DNA of 20,196 nucleotides from assembly GCA_044222475.1 (NCBI GenBank), contig JBGANF010000139.1, forward strand, positions 1 through 20,196, in the 5' to 3' direction. Position 1 is the first letter of the stretch. Every line of letters starts with the position of its first letter. Of the stretch, positions 1-6,783 are shown in pieces. A model generated the notes under the pieces. The model was not told the DNA's origin, made no database searches, and saw only the letters and a list, made by a program, of their open reading frames with translations. The translations under genes and the position numbers were made by a program. Source of the DNA: Polyangiaceae bacterium. GTDB taxonomy: Bacteria > Myxococcota_A > Polyangia > Polyangiales > Polyangiaceae.

Positions 1-19
1 AGAAATGAGACGGGGGCAC

Positions 20-60
20 CAAATTCTCCTCTCTCCCTCTCAAATTCTCCCCTCTCCCCT
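20..60. repeat. Two imperfect ~21-bp pyrimidine-rich direct repeats (CAAATTCTCCYCTCTCCC...)
   Basis: caaattctcctctctccctct at 20-40 and caaattctcccctctcccct at 41-60. agaaatgaga at 1-10 is roughly complementary to tctcaaattct, so an opposite arm may lie outside the window. Confidence 0.7.
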
Positions 61-76
61 CGTCAGCGTCGTCGAT

Positions 77-96
77 CGGGCACGGGCACGGGCACG
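77..96. repeat. (CGGGCA)3 hexamer tandem repeat in intergenic DNA
   Basis: cgggca-cgggca-cgggca-cg seen directly, just past the hydrolase stop codon. Confidence 0.8.
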
Positions 97-113
97 TTCA
101 CGGGGAGAGCGCT

Positions 114-977
114 TCAGTGAGAGAGAAAGGGGCGCACCACACTGGCGAATTTCGTCGGATCCTCCACCTGCGGGTAATGACCCAGATCCGGCCACGTTTC
201 GAGCTTCGCGCCCGGGAGCTCGCGCGCGAGCCGCTCGCCGATCGCCAGCACCGCGACCGGGTCGCGCTCGCCCCACGCCACGAGCGCCGGCACGTCGAGC
301 CGCTCGAGCGCTCCCACCCATCGGCGCTTGAATCGCTTCCGATCGTCGACGTACCGGATCACCTCCGGGAACCGCGAGGCGCCGTCTTTCAACGCGATGA
401 GATCGTACATCGCGTCGACCGTCTCCTCGGGCGGCTGCTTCGCGAAGACGCGTCGCATCTGGACCTTGAAGGCACGACGCGAGGTCAGGCGCGCGAAGAG
501 CGGACCGAAGCGCGTTCGCAGGATGCGCTGCCCGGGGGTGAGCTGCGCCATCTCGGAGTGGACGCTCCCGTTCGAGAACACGACCGACTCGATCGAGAAG
601 GGGAGGAGCCCCCGCTCGCGGCGCGCGAGCAGCTCGGTGAGGACGCTCGTGCCCATGTCGTGAGCGAGCACGTGCAATCGATCGAACCCGGCCGCGCGCA
701 CGACGGCGCACGCGACGTCGGCCTGCTCGAACAGCGCGTACGAGAACCCGCGCGGCTTGTCGGAGAAGCCGAAGCCGAGGAAGTCGAACGACAGGACCGG
801 GCGATCCTCGGCGAGCCTGGGGACGATCTCGCAGAAGTCGTGGCTCGACGTCGGGAACCCGTGGAGGAGGAGGAGCGGAGTGCCACGCGAGCCCGCGCCG
901 TCGACGCGAAAGAAGACGTCGCCGTCGGGGGTCGACACCGTTCGCCCGCCCTGCTTCCACGCTTCGAGATCGATCAC
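114..977 (-). CDS. Alpha/beta-fold hydrolase (epoxide hydrolase/MEST-like, Asp nucleophile), 287 aa
   Basis: HGFP oxyanion motif, GFGFSDKP, nucleophile elbow AHDMG, WGERDP, catalytic His in GHYPQ. The GTG start at 977 overlaps the epmA TGA (GTGA). The upstream part of the 114..1592 ORF is an off-frame shadow of epmA. Confidence 0.9.
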   Translation of the reverse strand: MIDLEAWKQGGRTVSTPDGDVFFRVDGAGSRGTPLLLLHGFPTSSHDFCEIVPRLAEDRPVLSFDFLGFGFSDKPRGFSYALFEQADVACAVVRAAGFDRLHVLAHDMGTSVLTELLARRERGLLPFSIESVVFSNGSVHSEMAQLTPGQRILRTRFGPLFARLTSRRAFKVQMRRVFAKQPPEETVDAMYDLIALKDGASRFPEVIRYVDDRKRFKRRWVGALERLDVPALVAWGERDPVAVLAIGERLARELPGAKLETWPDLGHYPQVEDPTKFASVVRPFLSH

Positions 978-1891
978 GCGAGCTCCTCGTCGGTGAACGC
1001 CATCACGTCGGCGATGTTCTTGGTCCCGCACACGAGCGCCACGAGGCGGTCGAGCCCCAGGGCGTTGCCGCCGCTCGGCGGGAGTCGCGCCATCGAGGCG
1101 AGGAACGCTTCGTCGATCGGATACACCGGCAGCGACCGTGCGCGCCGCGCCGCCTGGTCCGACTCGAACCGCGCGCGTTGCTCCACCGGATCGGTGAGCT
1201 CGCCGAAGCCGTTGCACAGCTCGAGCCCGTGCGCGTAGAGCTCGAAGCGCTCGGCGAACCGCGGGTCGTCGGCTCTCTTCTTGGCGAGCGACGCCATCTC
1301 CGCCGGATAGTCGACCACGAACGTCGCCTTGGGGAGGCGGGCGATGCCGGGCTCGACCTTCTCGACGAGGAGGCGAAAGAAGCGGTCTTCGTCCTCGCGC
1401 GCGAGGCGCAGCGTCTCCTCTTCGCCGGTGTCGGCGAAGTCCGCGAACGCGCGGGTGACGCTCAAGCGTGAGAACGGCGGCGTCGCGTCGACGACCACCC
1501 CGTCGACCACGAGCCGTCCGCCGGAGACGGCGGCGACGAGCTGCTCGGTGTCGCGCATGACGTCGTCCATGCCGGCGTGCGCGCGGTACCACTCGAGCAT
1601 CGTGAACTCGGGGTTGTGCTGCGCCCCCGATTCGCCGCGCCGGTACGAACGCCCAATCTGGAAGATGCGCTCGTGCCCATCCGCGAGCAGCCGCTTCATC
1701 TGGTACTCCGGCGACGTCGCGAGGTAGCGCGGCCGCGCGCCGCCCGTCTCCACCGGGAACGCGTCGAGGTGCAGATCCATCCCCGGCGACGGCACCAAGG
1801 TGGGCGTCTCGACCTCGAGGAAGCCGCGAGCCTCGAAGAACGCGCGCACTCCCCGAATCACGCGCGCTCGCTCGACGAGGCGCTTCATCAT
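974..1891 (-). CDS. epmA: EF-P lysine aminoacylase (EpmA/GenX/PoxA), class II LysRS-like catalytic domain only
   Basis: FFEARGFLEVETP, YLATSPEYQMKRLLA, HNPEFTMLEWYR, ERFELY..GLELCNGFGELTDPVEQRARF, GNALGLDRL. 305 aa with no anticodon-binding domain. Confidence 0.95.
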   Translation of the reverse strand: MMKRLVERARVIRGVRAFFEARGFLEVETPTLVPSPGMDLHLDAFPVETGGARPRYLATSPEYQMKRLLADGHERIFQIGRSYRRGESGAQHNPEFTMLEWYRAHAGMDDVMRDTEQLVAAVSGGRLVVDGVVVDATPPFSRLSVTRAFADFADTGEEETLRLAREDEDRFFRLLVEKVEPGIARLPKATFVVDYPAEMASLAKKRADDPRFAERFELYAHGLELCNGFGELTDPVEQRARFESDQAARRARSLPVYPIDEAFLASMARLPPSGGNALGLDRLVALVCGTKNIADVMAFTDEELA

Positions 1892-2032
1892 GACCGTGTG
1901 CCGTTCGGGCCGTCGGCCCGCCTTCGGCGGATCCTCATGACCGTGTGCCCTTCGGGCCGTCGGCCCGCCTTCGGCGGATCCTCATGACCGTGTGCCCTTC
2001 GGGCCGTCGGCCCGCCTTCGTCGGATCCTCAT
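1888..2032. repeat. Tandem array of three 47-bp hairpin-rich units plus terminal TCAT, filling the tetR-epmA gap
   Basis: Unit tcatgaccgtgtgcccttcgggccgtcggcccgccttcggcggatcc starts at 1888, 1935 and 1982, followed by tcat at 2029. Only two differences between units (g1903, t2021). Confidence 0.97.
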
Positions 2033-2691
2033 CGCGGCTCGAGGCCGCGAAGGAGGAGCTCGGCCAGCTTGTCGGCCGCGCGCGAGAGGCCGCCCTGCTC
2101 GGCCTTGCCGAGCGCCCACGTGAGCGCGATGCCGTCGAGCGCACCGAACGTCGCGCGCGCGACGAGCGACGGCGAGATGTCCTTGCGGAACTCGCCGCTG
2201 GCTTGTCCGGCTTCGACGACCTTGGCGATGAGATCGAGGTACGCGCCGAACTTGGGAGCTGCGTACTCCTTCAGGAGCTTCGTCGACTGGCGCAGGATGA
2301 CGGTGATGACCTCGGCGAGCTCGCGCTCGCCCTCGAGGAGCCCGAGCTGGAGCTCGACGAGCCGGCGGAACCGCTCGCGGGCGGTGGCGAGCTTGGGCAG
2401 CTCGTTCCCGGTGTAGGCGATGAGCTTCTCGACCCGGTCCTCGAAGAGCGACACGAGGAGCGCTTCCTTCGAGTCGAAGTAGAGGTAGATGGTTCCGTCG
2501 GCGACGCCGGCGGCCTTCGCGACGTCGCTCACGCGCGTCGCGTAGAAGCCGTTCTTCGCGAACACGCGCACGGCGGCGTCGAGGATGCGCTCGCGCTTGT
2601 CCCCCCGGCCCGACGCCTGAGCCCGCCCCGAGCTGGCCTTTTTCTTGGGCCCCGACGTGGACTTGCGCCTACTGAGTGAACCTTCACTCAT
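2029..2691 (-). CDS. TetR/AcrR family transcriptional regulator (FadR/YsiA-like), 220 aa
   Basis: HTH KRERILDAAVRVFAKNGFYATRVSDVAKAAGVADGTIYLYFDSKEALL and C-terminal GQASGEFRKDI. ATG at 2691 chosen over the TTG at 2727. Confidence 0.93.
   Translation of the reverse strand: MSEGSLSRRKSTSGPKKKASSGRAQASGRGDKRERILDAAVRVFAKNGFYATRVSDVAKAAGVADGTIYLYFDSKEALLVSLFEDRVEKLIAYTGNELPKLATARERFRRLVELQLGLLEGERELAEVITVILRQSTKLLKEYAAPKFGAYLDLIAKVVEAGQASGEFRKDISPSLVARATFGALDGIALTWALGKAEQGGLSRAADKLAELLLRGLEPR
2673..2690. promoter_or_regulatory. Putative TetR operator, perfect 8-2-8 palindrome TGAGTGAA-CC-TTCACTCA
   Basis: AT-rich perfect inverted repeat overlapping the first codons of tetR. It resembles the TGAATGA-N4-TCATTCA box of Bacillus FadR (YsiA). 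Confidence 0.7.
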
Positions 2692-2698
2692 TCCGGGA

Positions 2699-2727
2699 GC
2701 GGTAGCAAAGCGCCGCCTGGGGCGCAA
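2699..2727 (-). promoter_or_regulatory. Putative sigma70-type promoter of tetR
   Basis: TTGCGC (2727-2722), 17-nt spacer ending TGc, imperfect -10 TACCGC (2704-2699), 7 nt before the ATG. No Shine-Dalgarno. Confidence 0.4.
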
Positions 2728-2757
2728 GGCTCGGCCGCGCCGAGAATCGTTAGCCGG

Positions 2758-3018
2758 CTAGCGCGCGGCGAGCAGGAGGGTGCGCTCGGCGAACGCCGCT
2801 ATCTGGTGCCCGACCCACGGTCCGGCGACGATGAGGACGGCGGCGACCGCGAGGAACCGCGGGAGGTGCGCGATCGTGGGGTCCTGGACCTGCGACGCGG
2901 CCTGGAACGCGGCGACCACGAGGCCGACGAGGGCCGCGACCGCGAGGATCGGGAGCGACACCGCGACCGCCAGCAAGAGCGCCTCCTGGGCGTATTGGAC
3001 GAGGGTGCTCGGCGGCAT
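2758..3018 (-). CDS. Type III export apparatus subunit, SctS/EscS/FliQ family, 86 aa
   Basis: ALLLAVAVSLPILAVAALVGLVVAAFQAASQVQDPTIAHLPR...GPWVG matches the FliQ/SctS pattern (P..L....VGL.V..FQA.TQ.Q..T...P.....GPW). An alternative GTG start at 3024 overlaps the upstream stop. Confidence 0.88.
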   Translation of the reverse strand: MPPSTLVQYAQEALLLAVAVSLPILAVAALVGLVVAAFQAASQVQDPTIAHLPRFLAVAAVLIVAGPWVGHQIAAFAERTLLLAAR

Positions 3019-3020
3019 CG

Positions 3021-3413
3021 TCACTCGGCGGTGGCGTCGGCGGAGGCGTCGCCCGAGTCGCTGGCGGCGTCGCTCGCGTCGCTGGTGGCCGCGTCGCTCG
3101 CGTCGCTCGTGCCGGTGTCTTTGACCCCGGTGTCGGTCGTGGCCGCGTCGCTGATCGCCGCGTCGCTGCCGGGGGAGATCGGCGCGACCTTGCAGGAGTC
3201 CGACGTCACCGTCGTGCCCTCGGGGGGGCAGCAGAGGTCGTAGTTTCGGTTGAGCTTCGCGCCCTGCGTGCACACGAGGCCGGCCTGGCAGTCGTCGTTG
3301 CCGTTCGCGAGCTGGCAGCGATCACCCTCGGCCTGACCGGCGCACGAGACGACCAGCGCGATGGCGAGGCCCGCAGAGGCAAGGGCGAGAAGCAGACGGT
3401 TCCGTGCACGCAT
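3021..3413 (-). CDS. Small Cys-rich lipoprotein with an Asp/Ala/Ser low-complexity tail, 130 aa
   Basis: Signal MRARNRLLLALASAGLAIALVVS-C, Cys cluster DRC..DDCQAGLVC..DLCCP..SC, and SDAA/SDAS repeats. Confidence 0.8.
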   Translation of the reverse strand: MRARNRLLLALASAGLAIALVVSCAGQAEGDRCQLANGNDDCQAGLVCTQGAKLNRNYDLCCPPEGTTVTSDSCKVAPISPGSDAAISDAATTDTGVKDTGTSDASDAATSDASDAASDSGDASADATAE

Positions 3414-3519
3414 GATGGCGGAAACTCCCACGAGTCGAGGGTTTGGACAAGCTCAACCTTGCGAGAGCTGGGGTGCGAACTTGGCCCAGCTGGCTCCGGC
3501 GTGGCCCAATTTCGGGCGC

Positions 3520-3777
3520 ATGGCGCTGCCCTCCTTCTCGAGCCCCGACAAGGCGCTGGCCCTCGCGTCGACCGTCTTTGCCGCGGCTTCGTCGGCCTTC
3601 CGGGTGAGCGTCCGGTACGCGGCGGACCACACCGGCATCCCGGCGGTGGCCGTCGCCTCGGTGGCGCTGGTGGTCTCCTGGCGGATGTTCAAGCGAACCC
3701 TGCGGTTCGCGGTCGAGCTCGCCATCGCCATGACGGTGGTCATCACCGCGACCGAGCTCGGCTGGCTGCGGTTCTGA
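3520..3777 (+). CDS. Small hypothetical membrane protein, 85 aa
   Basis: ATG at 3520 (MALPSFSSPDK...) with hydrophobic segments GIPAVAVASVALVVSW and FAVELAIAMTVVITA. GC3-rich codons, and it fills the gap before the SDR. Confidence 0.7.
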   Translation: MALPSFSSPDKALALASTVFAAASSAFRVSVRYAADHTGIPAVAVASVALVVSWRMFKRTLRFAVELAIAMTVVITATELGWLRF

Positions 3778-3799
3778 TTTCGGACTATCGTCCGCGCCC

Positions 3800-4564
3800 A
3801 TGAAGCTCCAGGATCTCAAGATCATCGTCACCGGCGGCGCCGGTGGCATGGGCCGTCACTTCGCCGTTCGCCTCGCCGAGGCCGGCGCACAAGTCGCCAT
3901 CGGCGACGTCAACGAGGCCGGTCTCACCGAGACCGCGGGCATGGTCAAGGGCCCCGGCAAGATCCACGCGAAGAAGCTGAACGTCGCCGACGAAGCCGAC
4001 GTCGCCGCGTTCGTCGTGTGGGCGCACGGCGCGATGGGTGGGCTCAACGGCCTCGTGAACAACGCCGGCATCCTCCGCGACGGTCTCCTCGTGAAGAAGG
4101 ATCGCGAGACGGGCGCCGTGAAGACGCTCTCCAAGGAGCAGTGGGACGCGGTCATCGCGGTCAACCTCACCGGCGCGACGCTCATGGTCCGCGACGCCGT
4201 CGCGAAGATGGTCGAGACGGGCACGAAGCCCGGCGTCGTCGTCAACATGTCGAGCATCGCGCGCCACGGCAACCGCGGTCAGTCGAACTACAGCGCCGCG
4301 AAGGCCGCCCTCGCGACGAACACGAAGACCTGGTCGCACGAGTTCGCGCCGTTCGGCATTCGCGTCGGCGCGGTCGCGCCCGGCATGGTCGAGACTCCGA
4401 TGACGGCGGGCATGAACCAGAAGGCGCGCGACGCGCTGGTCGGCATGATCCCGGTCGGCCGCATCGGGACTCCGGAGGATCTCTGGCTGGCGGTGAAGTT
4501 CGTGCTCGAGTGCGACTACTTCAACGGCCGCACGATCGACGTCGACGGCGGCCTGTCGATGTAG
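3800..4564 (+). CDS. Classical SDR, FabG-like 3-oxoacyl reductase, 254 aa
   Basis: TGGAGGMG, NNAG, YSAAK catalytic motif, VAPG, IDVDGG. The Asp in AIGDVN suggests NAD(H) preference. Confidence 0.93.
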   Translation: MKLQDLKIIVTGGAGGMGRHFAVRLAEAGAQVAIGDVNEAGLTETAGMVKGPGKIHAKKLNVADEADVAAFVVWAHGAMGGLNGLVNNAGILRDGLLVKKDRETGAVKTLSKEQWDAVIAVNLTGATLMVRDAVAKMVETGTKPGVVVNMSSIARHGNRGQSNYSAAKAALATNTKTWSHEFAPFGIRVGAVAPGMVETPMTAGMNQKARDALVGMIPVGRIGTPEDLWLAVKFVLECDYFNGRTIDVDGGLSM

Positions 4565-4591
4565 AGAGCTTCTGGGCGCGTCTTCGAGCGT

Positions 4592-5824
4592 TCACTTGGC
4601 GAGGCGGTAGATCTTGCCGCCGTTGAACTCGGCCCAGAAGACGTCGGTCGTGTCGCCGTCCAGCGCGACCGGGTTCATCTGGTTCTTCGCGAGCTCTTCC
4701 GGGACGCCGCACCCCGAGCGCGGGCAACGGAGGACTCGCCCGTCGGTGGTGAGGCCGTTGCCCGACGCAGCGACGCTCCCCTCGTCGACCCAGTACACGT
4801 TCTCCGCGTCGAGGTAGACCGACAAGGGGTTGTTCAGCCCGGTCGCGAACGGATCGAGGTTGCCCGTGCCGTCCGCGTTCTTGTCGTTGATGCTGCCCGC
4901 GTTGTCGTTCAGGCCGCGCGCGACGAACCAGAGCTTCGTACCATCCTTACGCGGTGAGGTGGGGTAGCGCGGCCCGTTCGATGCCACGATGCTCTCGACC
5001 GCACCGCCAGCGAGGGGCACGCGCTTGACGAGGTCGATTCCGTTGTAGGGCTCCGTCCAGTACGCGTGCGTCGCGTCGATCGTGAATCCAGCGAGGAGCC
5101 CGCTGTTGTACGAGGTGTCCGTCGTCGCGCGGGCGACGCGCGCACCACCGCTCGTGGAGTTCTCGTAGACCTTGTTGTCGTAGACGTCGAGGTAGTAGAG
5201 CTTCCCGTTGCCGGCGAGCTCGACGTACGCGGGCTTGGACCCGACGGGGTCGACCGAGGTCGCCGTGCTCGGGCAGCCGGTCACCGGGCACTTGAAGACT
5301 TTGCCGCTCGAGGTGCTCGCGATGTAGATCGTCGTCCCAGCGGCGTCGATCGTGAAGCCCCACGGTCCGCTGACGCCATTCGACGCCGTCGCGATCGTCT
5401 GGGTGCCGGTGCCGTCGGTCTTCACGCGCTTGACTACGCCGCCTTGGAGGTCGCTCCAGTAGACGTAGCCGTTCGCGACGCGCAGGTTCTCGGGCTTGCC
5501 GCCGGAGCCGATGAGGTGAGGTGCGCACTTTCCGCTCGTGCACGCCTCGCCGTAGCAGCTGCGACCGCAGCGACCGCAGTTGAGGGGATCCTTGGTGAGG
5601 TCCGCCGAGCACGACGCATCGCCACCGTCGGCCGGGGGGACGACGGTGTCGCCGCCCGTGTCGGGCACGGCGACGTCGGGCGGCACGAACCCGTCGACGG
5701 CGCCGTCGGTCTGGTAGTCGTTCTTGACCTCGTCGGAGCCGGGGAGCCCGAGGACCAGGCCACACGCCGAGAGGAGCAGCGCGGTCGTACCAAAAAGGGA
5801 CAAGCGGACGATTCGAGAGCGCAT
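4592..5824 (-). CDS. Lipoprotein with a Cys-rich motif and a probable beta-propeller, 410 aa
   Basis: Lipobox LLLSA-C, acidic DG linker, DPLNCGRCGRSC..CTSGKC, and repeated blades VYWSD / AYWTE / VYWVD / VFWAE. ATG overlaps the upstream TGA (TGATG). Confidence 0.85.
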   Translation of the reverse strand: MRSRIVRLSLFGTTALLLSACGLVLGLPGSDEVKNDYQTDGAVDGFVPPDVAVPDTGGDTVVPPADGGDASCSADLTKDPLNCGRCGRSCYGEACTSGKCAPHLIGSGGKPENLRVANGYVYWSDLQGGVVKRVKTDGTGTQTIATASNGVSGPWGFTIDAAGTTIYIASTSSGKVFKCPVTGCPSTATSVDPVGSKPAYVELAGNGKLYYLDVYDNKVYENSTSGGARVARATTDTSYNSGLLAGFTIDATHAYWTEPYNGIDLVKRVPLAGGAVESIVASNGPRYPTSPRKDGTKLWFVARGLNDNAGSINDKNADGTGNLDPFATGLNNPLSVYLDAENVYWVDEGSVAASGNGLTTDGRVLRCPRSGCGVPEELAKNQMNPVALDGDTTDVFWAEFNGGKIYRLAK

Positions 5825-6783
5825 CAGAACGTCCCCCCGAGCGTGAGGCCCAGCGTGCCGGCGTGACCGAGCCCGAGCGAGACGGCAGGGCCGGCCTCTT
5901 TCTTGGGCGCGGCGATGAACAGCACGAGCCCACCGACGAGCAGTACGCCACCGGCGACGAACCCGATCGTCGACACCGTCGCGAACGTGCGCGCGCTGTC
6001 GAGCGAGTCGATGCCCTTGCTGTTGCAGTGGAGGAGATCCGACGAGCAGTTGTCACTCGCGGTTCCTTTTGCTCCGAGGGCGAGCCCGCCGAACACCGCA
6101 CCGAGGACGAGCCCGACGCCGCCAACACCCATGAGTCCGATGCCGACGGCAGGCAGAGGACCGGTCTTGTGCGAGCCGCCGCCACCGCTCGACGCTTCGA
6201 GCTCGGGCACGACCACGGTGTCTTTTGCGCCGTCGCCCTTGAGCTCGACGGTGGTCGTGAACGTCGTGTACCCGGGCGCGCTCGCGTCGATCGTGTGCTT
6301 GCCCGGGTCGACCGGGATGGCGACGCCGGAGCTCCCGTCGGGGAGGGCGACGCCGTCGCGCTTCACGACGAGCCCCGACGCCTTCGCGCGGACGTCGATC
6401 GTGAGCTTGCAGAGCTTGGGCTCGAGCGCGGCGACCCGTTGCTTCGCCGTCTCGACCCAGTCGGGGTGACGCGCCGCTGCGGCGGTCGCCGCGTCGGTGT
6501 AGGTGACCCACGCGCTGGCGGTCTGGCCGTTCTTTTCGTAGCAGGCCGCCAGGTTCATCAGCGTGCCTGCGCCGGGGTCGAGCTTCTGGCTGCTCTCGAG
6601 CTTCGGGCAAGCCTCGGAGAACTTCCCAGCCTCCATCAACTTGCGACCTTCGTCGAAGAGCGCCTGGGCGGCGGCTTGGTTGCTGGCACCCTGCGCGCTC
6701 GCCGCCAGCGGCGCGGCGAGGCTGATCGCGAGAATGGTACCAAAAAGGTAAAGCTTAGTTTCGCGTCGTCGGGAGCGCGTCAT
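5824..6783 (-). CDS. Exported TPR + PEGA-like protein with a Gly-rich hydrophobic hairpin and C-terminal Phe, ~319 aa
   Basis: Signal peptide ending ASA-Q, TPR-like AQALFDEGRKLM..EACPKLESSQKLDP..TLMNLAACYEK, PEGA-like VDPGKHTIDASAPG, ends LGLTLGGTF. Start position is approximate. Confidence 0.85.
   Translation of the reverse strand: MTRSRRRETKLYLFGTILAISLAAPLAASAQGASNQAAAQALFDEGRKLMEAGKFSEACPKLESSQKLDPGAGTLMNLAACYEKNGQTASAWVTYTDAATAAAARHPDWVETAKQRVAALEPKLCKLTIDVRAKASGLVVKRDGVALPDGSSGVAIPVDPGKHTIDASAPGYTTFTTTVELKGDGAKDTVVVPELEASSGGGGSHKTGPLPAVGIGLMGVGGVGLVLGAVFGGLALGAKGTASDNCSSDLLHCNSKGIDSLDSARTFATVSTIGFVAGGVLLVGGLVLFIAAPKKEAGPAVSLGLGHAGTLGLTLGGTF

Noticed and set aside
978..1592. N-terminal extension of the hydrolase ORF, and similar extensions at 2758..3273, 13914..15581, 14603..16549 and 15685..17370
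   Set aside because: The extensions lie off-frame within upstream genes. The true starts are at or next to stop/start overlaps.
1994..2005. Micro-peptide GPKG as a mimic of the EF-P PGKG modification loop
   Set aside because: The residue order differs and one copy has K>N. A 4-residue resemblance is not meaningful without data.
1888..2032. CRISPR array interpretation of the 47-bp repeats
   Set aside because: The units abut with no unique spacers, and there are no cas genes in the window.
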